Origin: Patescibacteria group bacterium
GTDB lineage: Bacteria; Patescibacteriota; Minisyncoccia; Phycocordibacterales; JACOZG01
Assembly (NCBI GenBank): GCA_038065495.1
Contig: JBBTQW010000002.1
Location: 81,321-145,320 of the forward strand
Reading direction: 5' to 3'
Length of the DNA: 64,000 nt
Shown here piece after piece: positions 47,145-55,900 of this stretch. The first letter of the stretch is position 1. Every line of letters begins with the position of its first letter. The notes below the pieces were generated by a model. It saw only the letters and a list, made by a program, of their open reading frames with translations. It was not told the origin of the DNA and did not search any database. The translations under genes were made by a program, and so were the position numbers.

Positions 47145-47696
47145 TTACGGTAGTTCTAGTAGTTTCTTGAAAATCTCGAAGGTCGTGCGCGCGTCGGCGA
47201 GGGCTGTGTGAGCTGACTGATTCTTGACGCCAAAATATTCGCTCAAAGCCCAGAGGGAGAGTTTCTGCAGTTCCGGCCGCGCGTGCAATTTACCAAAAAC
47301 CATCGAAGGCAAGTCCATCTTGTGATAAAACACTCGCGGCATGATCTTCGTCTCTGCGAAAGCATGCTCTAAGAATGACCAGTCGAAGGTCACATTCTGC
47401 GCCACCACAGTTGTATCTTGAATTTTTTCAGCCAGAGTTTTCATCGCTTGTTCGAGCGAAACAGCAAAAAGCCAATCGCCATCGTTGTAACCATTCACCC
47501 GCAAGGCTTCTGGCTCGGCTTGGTTGAGTCTAGTCGGCTTCACCTTCAGTTCTAGCTCATCGACAATCTCCCATTTTGGCCTGGCACTATCATCCAGTGG
47601 CCGGACGACTAAGCAACCTAATTCGATTATTTCATGCTTAGACGGATCCAGTCCGGTCGTTTCTAAGTCTACGAACGCTAATTTAGTTTTCTTCAT
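47145..47696 (-). CDS. DnaQ-like 3'-5' exonuclease (DEDDh family)
   Basis: Exo I FVDLETTGLDP, Exo II and Exo III HTALADA motifs. Confidence 0.8.
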   Translation of the reverse strand: MKKTKLAFVDLETTGLDPSKHEIIELGCLVVRPLDDSARPKWEIVDELELKVKPTRLNQAEPEALRVNGYNDGDWLFAVSLEQAMKTLAEKIQDTTVVAQNVTFDWSFLEHAFAETKIMPRVFYHKMDLPSMVFGKLHARPELQKLSLWALSEYFGVKNQSAHTALADARTTFEIFKKLLELP

Positions 47697-47712
47697 GTTT
47701 TTTATATTTAAT

Positions 47713-48621
47713 TTAGCGCAGGTATTTTACCTTATTTTGTTTGTGTCCAGCAAAGTCCACGGCATAGTGCGTCTCGCCTTTCCGATCGGCCAAGTAGAAC
47801 CAATAATCAGACTTGGTGGGATGGATCGTGGCCTCAATCGCTTTTAGTCCTGGCGCCACAATCGGCCGCTCTGGCAAACCGCGCTTCTGGTAAGTCACCC
47901 GCGCTACATCTACTTGCAACATCATTTTGTCGTCTAGGCGCTTCCACAAGATTCCCGCGATCAGCTGCCGCGTGGCGTAATCATGCGCTTCTTCTTCCAC
48001 AATCGCCGCCATGTTTAAGATATCTTCCCAATCTCGGCCAGACAAAAGTGACTCGCTGTGCAAGCCGGCCGTTTGCCGCAGAAAGTTTTTCCGCAGAGTT
48101 TCTACTAATTTATCCGCACTAATTTCTGATGGAAAAAAGTAAGTATCCGGAAAATTTTCCGCCGGCTTTTCGTTCAATAAAGCTAGCAGATTCTCTGGCT
48201 CTAGTTTTGTTAATTTATTAAGCAAGATTTGCGAAATTTGTTTGGGTGATGAACCTTCGGGAATCGTCACCTTCACCGGATTAAGCACAAACTGGCCACT
48301 CACTAGCCGTCTGGCAATCGTCCAGCTGTTTAGTTTACTCTCAAACCAATAATCACCCGCTTTAATGCCATCATTCCCGCCAGAAATCCTCACTAACAGA
48401 TTAAATAACAAGCCGGTTTTAATCACATTTTTCTCGGCTAAATTTTCCGTAATTTCTGCCAAACTTGCTCCGTCTGGGATTTCTATTTGTTTATTTTTGG
48501 GGAAATTACTCGGCGCTTGGATGAGCCAGACGAAAATGGCTAACAGTGCAATTAAACCAAGCAAAATCACTTGCTTGCGACGAGTGAGTTTAATTTGGCG
48601 AAGGCTAGAAAAACGACGCAT
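47713..48621 (-). CDS. mltG: endolytic murein transglycosylase MltG (YceG-like)
   Basis: N-terminal TM helix and the YceG domain with a RGLPERPI motif. Confidence 0.75.
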   Translation of the reverse strand: MRRFSSLRQIKLTRRKQVILLGLIALLAIFVWLIQAPSNFPKNKQIEIPDGASLAEITENLAEKNVIKTGLLFNLLVRISGGNDGIKAGDYWFESKLNSWTIARRLVSGQFVLNPVKVTIPEGSSPKQISQILLNKLTKLEPENLLALLNEKPAENFPDTYFFPSEISADKLVETLRKNFLRQTAGLHSESLLSGRDWEDILNMAAIVEEEAHDYATRQLIAGILWKRLDDKMMLQVDVARVTYQKRGLPERPIVAPGLKAIEATIHPTKSDYWFYLADRKGETHYAVDFAGHKQNKVKYLR

Positions 48622-48645
48622 GTTGAGCTAAATAAAATCTAAAAA

Positions 48646-49872
48646 TTAAATTGGCAGATTGGCTGGCGGCTCGGCGCGCTTGGACTCGATCTTGCCCAGC
48701 GTTGGCGTCATCGCGGCACTACCTGGGAAGTGGTAAATTGTCGCTAGTTCCTCGGCACTAAGAGTAAACTGCGCGCCCACATAGGGTGGATAAAAGAACG
48801 CACGTTGGCGATAATTATTAAAGAAAACTGCTTTAAACTTCGCCAAGCTATAGCCACGCCAGAAGGCGCTCCACGGATATTTATCGCTGGTGGTAAAAGC
48901 GGTTTTGAAGCCATTTGAGTCTGCCGCATTGTATTGCTTAAAGATCCCGAGCGTACTCACAACCCTGTTTGGATGATACAGCTCCGGCTTGGCCAAGTAG
49001 AGCGCGCGCAGGCCACAATCAAAGCCGGGCTTGGCCAGCGAGCGCTCGATATCCTCCACCACTTTGCGCTCGCCAGGCGAGAGAATGGTTAGGCCCAAAC
49101 TTTCGTCTTCACCGCCTTTTTTGTCGCGTTGCATAATCTTCTCGATTAACGCTTTACCTTCGTCTTTCCATCCCTGTTTGCCCCACCAAGTGCCAGGCTT
49201 GTGGAAGCGGTCTTTGGCCGCTTGCACTGGGATCTGGATCCACAGTTGCTCACCCGGCTTCATCGAGCCAAGATATTCGAGAACAGCCGTAATGGGATCC
49301 GTGCGCCAAGCGTCGCTCTCACTGTCGCTAGAGATTTTATCTAAGCCATAATTAACGTAAGTCTTGATGGGGTAAGCGTCGGCTTTGCTAAGTTTAAACT
49401 CCGCGCCCCAGAGCTTCCAATCACTGCCGGGCAAGTCATACGGCACATTGTGGACGTAATCTTCCACTTCGTGAATTTCGATTTCTGGATATTGCGCGTA
49501 GAACTGCGCTTCGATTAAATTTTTAAAAAACTTTTGGGCCCAAATATAGAAGTGCACTTCGCCACCAATCGAGACTAGCTCGAGCGATGACCAGGCACGA
49601 GCCTGACCCAGAAACCAAATTTTATAAAAATTATCCCCATCCCAGCCTTGATGCAACGCATTAAGCGCCAGCTCCATCGCTTGTGGCGTTTTCATGAGAG
49701 TCTTGGGAATCTTGATCTCAAGCAAGACAAATTCTGTCTCACCAAGATATTTCGCCCGCGTGTAGTAACGCAAGAGCTTCCACGCTGCCACAAATAGTAA
49801 AACCGGCAGACAGTAAAAAACTATCGGTATACTGATGCTAACAACAGACTGAATTAGCGGCTCAAAAGTCAC
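48646..49872 (-). CDS. hypothetical membrane-anchored protein (408 aa), aromatic-rich ectodomain
   Basis: N-terminal TM helix; W/Y/F-rich soluble domain; no family recognised. Confidence 0.45.
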   Translation of the reverse strand: MTFEPLIQSVVSISIPIVFYCLPVLLFVAAWKLLRYYTRAKYLGETEFVLLEIKIPKTLMKTPQAMELALNALHQGWDGDNFYKIWFLGQARAWSSLELVSIGGEVHFYIWAQKFFKNLIEAQFYAQYPEIEIHEVEDYVHNVPYDLPGSDWKLWGAEFKLSKADAYPIKTYVNYGLDKISSDSESDAWRTDPITAVLEYLGSMKPGEQLWIQIPVQAAKDRFHKPGTWWGKQGWKDEGKALIEKIMQRDKKGGEDESLGLTILSPGERKVVEDIERSLAKPGFDCGLRALYLAKPELYHPNRVVSTLGIFKQYNAADSNGFKTAFTTSDKYPWSAFWRGYSLAKFKAVFFNNYRQRAFFYPPYVGAQFTLSAEELATIYHFPGSAAMTPTLGKIESKRAEPPANLPI

Positions 49873-49893
49873 GCACTAATTATAACACAAAAA

Positions 49894-50949
49894 CTATTTT
49901 GGATTCGAGAAGAGACCAGACTTTTTATCTTCTTTAAAGAATTTAGGATTCTTGAGGTTAACTAAGATAGTATTATCTTTGACATAACGCTCTTTCTTCA
50001 CAGCCGCCATCACTTGAGCTTTCGTCATCGCGCCATTTTTGTCGAGAATTTGCTTAATCACGTCGCGAACAATACCCGGCGTGTAGCCCCAATCGCCAAG
50101 CGCATATAATCCCCGCCCAACGAGCACGAATCTCGGATCTTTAATTAATTCATTGTGACTAGTCGCGGCATTAGTTTTGCGACCAAAGGTGGCCGTAATC
50201 TCTTTGGCGACTTCGGTAAAGTGCATTGGAGAACCCTTGCGACGCATGACGAGGAAAGCGTAATCTTTGATCCCTCTTACGCGCACATTTGGCGACTTGG
50301 CCAGGCCCCACTCGCCCACCGGACTCAAACCAATCTCTTTGGAGAGCTTGAGCCAGTTCTTGACCTTCTGCCGAGCCATCTCTGGCGAGACGCGTTTATC
50401 CAAACCACTCATAAAGTGCTCCACAATTTTATCTTCAGAAACTAATTCGTTAGTATCGAGAACTTGGCAGAGATTGCGTAGTGACTGATGCACGCCTTCG
50501 GCGAGGCTCGCATCCACCGTCCAACGATGATGGAAATAATCATCTTCTTTTAGTTTCGCAAAAGCGTCGCCGAGCACAAGCAAGAAGTGCACATTATTCT
50601 GGACCACCTGATCTTTAGAAATATGATCAAGAAACTCCTGCTCGTGCACCAGGCCGCCGTAATCTTCCATCACACCCTTGAGCTGGGCAAAGATTGACTG
50701 AGCAGCTGTATTGGCCTCAGACTTCTTGATCTGCGCAATCGTGGCATTCTCAATCTGCCGCACGCGCTCGCGGGTGATGCCATAGATCTGGCCCACCGCC
50801 TCCAGTGTCATCGTCTCTTTCGTCGCCAAGCCATAACGACGCTTAACTACGTCACGTGGCCGCGCCCCAAGGCTGGCCAAAAGCTCTTTTACCACCTCAA
50901 CTGGCTTGAAGGCCATCACCTCTTTTGTTTCTTTGCTGTTGTTATTCAT
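49894..50949 (-). CDS. sigma-70 region-4-like HTH domain protein fused to an unknown ~280-aa C-terminal domain
   Basis: TLEAVGQIYGITRERVRQIENATIAQIKK is a canonical sigma70 region 4.2 HTH; regions 2 and 3 are not detectable. Confidence 0.55.
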   Translation of the reverse strand: MNNNSKETKEVMAFKPVEVVKELLASLGARPRDVVKRRYGLATKETMTLEAVGQIYGITRERVRQIENATIAQIKKSEANTAAQSIFAQLKGVMEDYGGLVHEQEFLDHISKDQVVQNNVHFLLVLGDAFAKLKEDDYFHHRWTVDASLAEGVHQSLRNLCQVLDTNELVSEDKIVEHFMSGLDKRVSPEMARQKVKNWLKLSKEIGLSPVGEWGLAKSPNVRVRGIKDYAFLVMRRKGSPMHFTEVAKEITATFGRKTNAATSHNELIKDPRFVLVGRGLYALGDWGYTPGIVRDVIKQILDKNGAMTKAQVMAAVKKERYVKDNTILVNLKNPKFFKEDKKSGLFSNPK

Positions 50950-53900
50950 GTTTTTATATTATCATAGATTACAAAATTAAGCAAACGTCCTGGGATATAA
51001 ACTACCTTTTTTACCGTTTTATTGTCAAGCCACTTCTGCACTTTAGGGCTCTGTAGAGCCATATTCTTGGCTATTTCTTCTGTTGCTTCTTGCCCGCCAC
51101 TCAACACGATTTTGTCACGAATTATACCATTGACCTGAATCATAATATTTTGCTCACGTGTTGTAGTTTTTTCTCCAGATTCACTCAGTTCTGGCCACTT
51201 CTCTTGATGAATCGAGGTGTTATGTCCCAACTTTTGCCACAATTCTTCTGCGATGTGCGGCGCAAAGGGTGCGAGAAGCTTAAGAAAAACTTCATAATCT
51301 GTTTTACTCACGCCTTCTTTCTCAAAAGTGTTCAACAAAATCATCAAGCCAGAAATAGCCGTGTTAAATTTGAGACTTTCAATATCTGATGTTATTTTCT
51401 GCACCGAATCAGCTAAATTTTCTGCAGTTTTTTCTGACAGATTATCACTCAATTTCCAGACTCTCTCCAAGAATCTTCTTGGCCCAATTATACTTTCTGT
51501 ATTCCAAGCCACCGCTTGCTCAAATGGACCCATGAACATTTCGTACAATCTCAGCGTATCAGCGCCATAAAGTCCCACAATTTTATCGGGATTAATGATG
51601 GTCTCCGGCTTTGACTTACTCATCTTCACTCCACCTTCAGCGAGAATTAAGCCGTGACTCGTACGCTTCTGATACGGTTCAGAATTTGGCACTAATTTGA
51701 GATCAAATAAAAATTTATGCCAGAATCTAGAATAGAGCAAGTGCAGAGTCGTGTGCTCCATGCCACCGTTGTACCAATCCACGCCGCCAAGACTTGTTCC
51801 AGTTTTGCCTAGCCAATATTGCAATTTTTCTTCACTCGCAAATTCTTGAGCATTTTCTGGATCGCAGTAACGCAGATAATACCAGCTTGAACCCGCCCAG
51901 TTCGGCATCGTGTCAGTTTCTCGCCGCGCTTCGCCGCCACATTTCGGACATTTCACATTCACCCACTCACTCACGCTCGCGAGTGGCGATTCGCCGTCAT
52001 CACGGGGTTGATATTCTTTGACTTCCGGCAAAATCACTGGCAAATCACTTTCTGGCACAGGTTGCCAATCACATTTGCTGCAAAAAATCATCGGAATCGG
52101 CTCACCCCAATAGCGCTGTCGCGAAAAAATCCAATCGCGCAGTTTGTAAGTCGTTTTCGCCGTGCCAAATTTCGCGATTATTTTTTCCCGCGCCTCAACA
52201 GAATCTAAGCCGGAGAATTCGCTGGAATTTATCATTACACCTTCGCTAGCCCAAGCATGTTCGGGTTTAAAGAACCGGTCGAGCCACAGCTCGTATTCTG
52301 AACATTTGATATTTTTGTCTTTCGCCAGTTCGTCCCAAGTTAGCCAAACGACTTCATGAATCTGTTTCTCCTCTTCCGACAACTCTTGCTGTTCTTCGTT
52401 CTCTAACTCAAAAACCAGAGCGTGAAAAACCGCTTTTCGGTTCTCGTTCTTGTGATTAGCAAAGAAATGCGACTCGACTGGACCACCTAAAGTTTTCACA
52501 TACTTCACATTTTTATAGCCGGTTTCTTCGGTAATTTCTCTTTTTGCTGCTTCCACCATATCTTCGTCACCCTCGATCCCACCAGTGATAAATGTCGTCC
52601 AGGGAAATTTTTTCCACTTCAAACACAAAACTTTCTGATTTTTGGGATTAATAATTATCGCCTGAATGGCATTTCTCGCTACCGTTTTCACGCCTTCGCG
52701 CGGCGGATCGTGGGTGTCGATCATTTTGGGCGTCACCACTTCTCTAATCGGTAAATTATGTTTCTGCGCAAAAGCAAAATCCCGCTCATCATGGGCCGGC
52801 ACGCCCATCAGTGCGCCGGTGCCCACATCAGACATTACATATTCTGCTTCCCACACTGGAATCTCCTCCCCCGTGGCCGGATTAGTCACATACTGGCCAG
52901 TAAATTTATCGGTTTTGCCAGCAATGGCCAGATAAGTCGCGCCGAAAATCGTTTCTGGCCGAGTGGTGAAGACTTTGATCACCCCACCCGCACCCTCCCC
53001 CAAGGGGAGGGCTAAGTTTATTTGCTCCAAAACTTTTTTAATGTTATTTAAAACCTCTTCGTTGCTGAAACGAATAAGTTTATAGCCGAGTTGTGCCAAA
53101 TATTTTGTTCTTTCTTCGTCAGATTCCTTTTGATAATCATGAACATCCCCGTCAACTTCTACTACCAACATTTTTTCTAGACAAACAAAATCAACAATAA
53201 ATTTTCCAATAATATGTTGGCGGCGAAAGTGGCAACCTAGTTTATTGTCTCTTAATTCTTGCCACAATTTCTCTTCAGCTTCAGTAGGATTCTGACGCAT
53301 ACCCACCGCTTTTTCTTGTAAAGCGCGGTAGGCGACTGGATCAGCAGTTTGATAGCCAAATTCGCCCCACCCATTCCCTCCCCCAAGGGGAGGGTTCTTT
53401 CTCTCTTCCCCCTCTCCTTTGGGGAGGGGGTCGGGGGTGGGGCTGAATGGAAACTCAATCTCCGCTCCCTCACTTCTCCCAATCCAATTTCTCTGCTGGA
53501 TTTTGATTTTTTCTAAATAGTCTACCGTGTCCAGATCTTTATCCAATCTGTCCGCATACTTCGTAATCGCCAGCATCCATTGCTCTTTCTCTCGTTGTTC
53601 CACTTCCGTACCACAACGCTCACACTTACCATCAACCACTTCTTCATTCGCCAAACCAATTTTATCTTTCGGACACCAGTTAATTAGCGTTTTCTTCTTA
53701 TACGCCAAGCCGTGCTGATAGAACTGCAGAAAGAGCCATTGCGTCCATTTGTAATATTCCGGATCAGTGGTGTTGATCTCGCGTGACCAATCAAATGAGA
53801 AGCCAAGCGCTTTGAGCTGTTTACGAAAGTTATCCGTATTTTCTTGCGTCACCAGTGCCGGCGCTTTGCCCGTTTTGATTGCGTAATTCTCTGTTGGTAG

Positions 53901-54161
53901 ACCGAAAGCGTCCCAGCCCATCGGATAGAGCACGTTCTGACCCATCATCCTCCGCTTTCTCGCCAAGATATCCAGCGCCGTATAACTCCGGATGTGACCG
54001 ACATGCAAGCCATCACCAGACGGAAACGGAAACTCCACCAAACAATAAAACTTATTTTTTTCTCCCGCTTCGCTTTTTTCTTGCGCAGAATAAATACCAG
54101 ACTTCTCCCATTCCGTCTGCCATTTCTGCTCTATTTGATTGTGATCGTAAGCTTCAGCCAC
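50946..54161 (-). CDS. leuS: leucyl-tRNA synthetase carrying an in-frame DUF559 endonuclease-fold insertion (1071 aa)
   Basis: HIGH-type motif (HVGHIRSY), CP1 editing motif TTRPETIFGATY, KMSKS and the anticodon-binding domain are all present. About 160 extra residues lie between NWIGRSEGAEIEF and VFTTRPET. Confidence 0.9.
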   Translation of the reverse strand: MAEAYDHNQIEQKWQTEWEKSGIYSAQEKSEAGEKNKFYCLVEFPFPSGDGLHVGHIRSYTALDILARKRRMMGQNVLYPMGWDAFGLPTENYAIKTGKAPALVTQENTDNFRKQLKALGFSFDWSREINTTDPEYYKWTQWLFLQFYQHGLAYKKKTLINWCPKDKIGLANEEVVDGKCERCGTEVEQREKEQWMLAITKYADRLDKDLDTVDYLEKIKIQQRNWIGRSEGAEIEFPFSPTPDPLPKGEGEERKNPPLGGGNGWGEFGYQTADPVAYRALQEKAVGMRQNPTEAEEKLWQELRDNKLGCHFRRQHIIGKFIVDFVCLEKMLVVEVDGDVHDYQKESDEERTKYLAQLGYKLIRFSNEEVLNNIKKVLEQINLALPLGEGAGGVIKVFTTRPETIFGATYLAIAGKTDKFTGQYVTNPATGEEIPVWEAEYVMSDVGTGALMGVPAHDERDFAFAQKHNLPIREVVTPKMIDTHDPPREGVKTVARNAIQAIIINPKNQKVLCLKWKKFPWTTFITGGIEGDEDMVEAAKREITEETGYKNVKYVKTLGGPVESHFFANHKNENRKAVFHALVFELENEEQQELSEEEKQIHEVVWLTWDELAKDKNIKCSEYELWLDRFFKPEHAWASEGVMINSSEFSGLDSVEAREKIIAKFGTAKTTYKLRDWIFSRQRYWGEPIPMIFCSKCDWQPVPESDLPVILPEVKEYQPRDDGESPLASVSEWVNVKCPKCGGEARRETDTMPNWAGSSWYYLRYCDPENAQEFASEEKLQYWLGKTGTSLGGVDWYNGGMEHTTLHLLYSRFWHKFLFDLKLVPNSEPYQKRTSHGLILAEGGVKMSKSKPETIINPDKIVGLYGADTLRLYEMFMGPFEQAVAWNTESIIGPRRFLERVWKLSDNLSEKTAENLADSVQKITSDIESLKFNTAISGLMILLNTFEKEGVSKTDYEVFLKLLAPFAPHIAEELWQKLGHNTSIHQEKWPELSESGEKTTTREQNIMIQVNGIIRDKIVLSGGQEATEEIAKNMALQSPKVQKWLDNKTVKKVVYIPGRLLNFVIYDNIKT
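52993..53011. repeat. 19-bp near-palindrome ccctcccccaaggggaggg (copy 1), flanking the DUF559 insertion
   Basis: Identical 19-mer at 53376..53394; both copies preceded by ccccaccc. On the coding strand it encodes PLP(K/L)GEG. Confidence 0.8.
53376..53394. repeat. 19-bp near-palindrome ccctcccccaaggggaggg (copy 2)
   Basis: Direct copy of 52993..53011. Because the unit is near-palindromic, the pair also acts as terminal inverted repeats. Confidence 0.8.
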
Positions 54162-54188
54162 GGCAATTTTACTTCACCAGCTAGAAAT

Positions 54189-54749
54189 TTACTGATTCTG
54201 ACTTAACTTCTTAATCCCCAACCAGATTAGAGCAATCAGCGCGACCGCGAGGATGATTAAGCGCAAGTAATCGTTCATGTCACTCCAGTAACGAGTAGAG
54301 CCGACGATGAGCGAGACCACGCCGCCAAAGGAGACACCGAGTGAGACGGCGCCCGACTGCGTGAGCCAGAAGCCCGCGCCGAGCGAGAGCAAACCCAGCA
54401 CGATCAGCACAATGAACACGTTGCGATTATAAACTTTGTGCACTTCATTATATTCTTTCGCACAAGTGAAAGTGACATCGCAGTAGCCCTGCGGTTCAGC
54501 CGGCGTGAGCGTGGCTGGCACAGTTACAGGCCGTGGCTCTTTACTGAAGCTTGCGGGAGCGTTCCAAGCACCACCCACGCCCACACAATCCTTCTCATTA
54601 CTTGGCGAAATGTTGACTTGCTTCTGCGGGCAATAAGTGTCCCACGTTGGCTCCTGATAAACCACCTTGGTCGCAAAGTGGAAGAACAAATTGAGCACAA
54701 TAATCAGCGACAAGATTAGTGCCCATTCCAAAATTTTTGAATGTTTCAT
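54189..54749 (-). CDS. hypothetical membrane protein (186 aa, 3-4 TM helices, Cys-containing extracellular loop)
   Basis: TM helices at the N-terminus and C-terminus; no recognised family. Confidence 0.45.
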   Translation of the reverse strand: MKHSKILEWALILSLIIVLNLFFHFATKVVYQEPTWDTYCPQKQVNISPSNEKDCVGVGGAWNAPASFSKEPRPVTVPATLTPAEPQGYCDVTFTCAKEYNEVHKVYNRNVFIVLIVLGLLSLGAGFWLTQSGAVSLGVSFGGVVSLIVGSTRYWSDMNDYLRLIILAVALIALIWLGIKKLSQNQ

Positions 54750-54785
54750 CTCTAAATCTTAACACGAATCAGAAATAGTTCCGAC

Positions 54786-54815
54786 TTGACAGAATTGGCA
54801 CAGTTTGCTAAGAAT
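54786..54815 (+). promoter_or_regulatory. promoter TTGACA-N17-TAAGAAT upstream of alpha-CTD-like gene 1
   Basis: The 20-mer tttgctaagaatgtaagtgg is repeated (19/20) at 55528 upstream of gene 2. Confidence 0.5.
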
Positions 54816-54911
54816 GTAAGTGGTCAAGGTCTTCGAAATTACAGATTGCAACGCGTGTTGTGATCACCAAAATTGGTTAGAGGAACAAAACAGAAAGGTA
54901 CAGGGTAAAAC

Positions 54912-55448
54912 ATGTCCATGGGAATCTACTCCGATGTGACGGCGAAATACGAAACAACGAATCCAGCCACAATACCGCCACTTGAACTCACCTCGAAAGA
55001 CACCGTGTTTCTAAGTGAGATAGCGGGTAATTGTGAGCCCATCAACGAACACTCGGTGAGGATTCTCGTTCTTGTTGGACGTCGAGTCAGGAAAGAACAC
55101 GAGAGGTTGACTCTCCTTTCGGATCAAAGAAAAAAGTCTCACGAAGCAGAATTGGTTGCATTGAGAGAAACACACGAGGGTAGATTAGAATTGTTGAAGG
55201 TTCAACACGCAGATGAGGTTGGGAATCTCAAAAGGCAGCTATTCAACTCTCACAAGTCCATCTTCGAGATTGAAATCCAATTCACGGCTTCACAAAAACG
55301 CAAGCTGCAGAGAGCTGGCCTCGCTCGTCTCTATGACTTCACCCAGAAAACATGGGACGAAATCAAGCAACTGCTTGGCACGAGAAAGGCTGACCTAATC
55401 GGCCAAGTACTTATCCTTCGTGGCCTTCAGTTCAAGAAATGCCGGTAA
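54912..55448 (+). CDS. protein with a C-terminal RNA polymerase alpha-subunit CTD-like HhH domain (178 aa)
   Basis: C-terminus SQKRKLQRAGLARLYDFTQKTWDEIKQLLGTRKADLIGQVLILRGLQF aligns with the alpha-CTD pattern (L.RAG.....D..Q.T..E...L.G..K.........L...GL.F). Confidence 0.55.
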   Translation: MSMGIYSDVTAKYETTNPATIPPLELTSKDTVFLSEIAGNCEPINEHSVRILVLVGRRVRKEHERLTLLSDQRKKSHEAELVALRETHEGRLELLKVQHADEVGNLKRQLFNSHKSIFEIEIQFTASQKRKLQRAGLARLYDFTQKTWDEIKQLLGTRKADLIGQVLILRGLQFKKCR

Positions 55449-55455
55449 CCAATCA

Positions 55456-55493
55456 ACCACCAGAGCGCAACGCGCTCTGGTGGTCTTTTTATT
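55456..55493 (+). terminator. intrinsic terminator (accaccagagcgc-aac-gcgctctggtggt + T-rich tail)
   Basis: 13-bp perfect stem followed by cttttatttcc. Confidence 0.7.
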
Positions 55494-55510
55494 TCCAAGA
55501 ATTTATCTGC

Positions 55511-55540
55511 TTGACAAAGTTAGCCCAATTTGCTAAGAAT
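55511..55540 (+). promoter_or_regulatory. promoter TTGACA-N17-TAAGAAT upstream of alpha-CTD-like gene 2 (duplicate of 54786..54815)
   Basis: Same hexamers and the same downstream GTAGGTGG motif as copy 1. Confidence 0.5.
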
Positions 55541-55582
55541 GTAGGTGGCAATAGTGCCTTTTGACAGAAAGTAGGTAGACAC

Positions 55583-55846
55583 ATGAAATCTGGGTCCTCA
55601 CTGCAATCGTTATTCATGGTAAAGTGTCTGGTTGACGAACTAATTCTCGACCGACCAATTACTGAATTGGGATTATACCAAAGAGCAGAAAACATTCTGA
55701 GATCAGTCCATATCGACACCATCAGAAAGCTCACCCAAAGCTCTGAACGTGTGTTTCTCTCCTACCGTGGGGCAGGAACAACCTCACTGAAAAGTATCAA
55801 GCGTGAGCTAAACAAACTGGGTCTTTCGTTGCAACAAGAAACCTAA
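55583..55846 (+). CDS. standalone RNA polymerase alpha-CTD-like HhH domain protein (87 aa)
   Basis: ITELGLYQRAENILRSVHIDTIRKLTQSSERVFLSYRGAGTTSLKSIKRELNKLGLSL matches the alpha-CTD consensus (EL.L..RA.N.L....I.T...L....E......G..SL..IK..L...GLSL). Confidence 0.6.
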   Translation: MKSGSSLQSLFMVKCLVDELILDRPITELGLYQRAENILRSVHIDTIRKLTQSSERVFLSYRGAGTTSLKSIKRELNKLGLSLQQET

Positions 55847-55868
55847 GATCAATTAGCTCGATATTCGT

Positions 55869-55900
55869 AACCGGAGCACACGCGCTCCGGTTTTTTATTT
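55869..55900 (+). terminator. intrinsic terminator (aaccggagc-acacgc-gctccggtt + TTTTTTATTTTT)
   Basis: 9-bp stem plus a long T tract. Confidence 0.7.

Larger units (their letters stand above)
52979..53450 (-). mobile_element. in-frame insertion within leuS encoding a complete DUF559 (Vsr-like endonuclease-fold) domain, bounded by 19-bp direct/near-palindromic repeats
   Basis: Inserted peptide ...NPTEAEEKLWQELRDNKLGCHFRRQHIIGKFIVDFVCLEKMLVVEVDGDVH...RTKYLAQLGYKLIRFSNEEVLNN... matches the DUF559 signature (LW..LR, FRRQ, IVDF.C, L.VE.DG, RF.N.EV). Confidence 0.6.
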
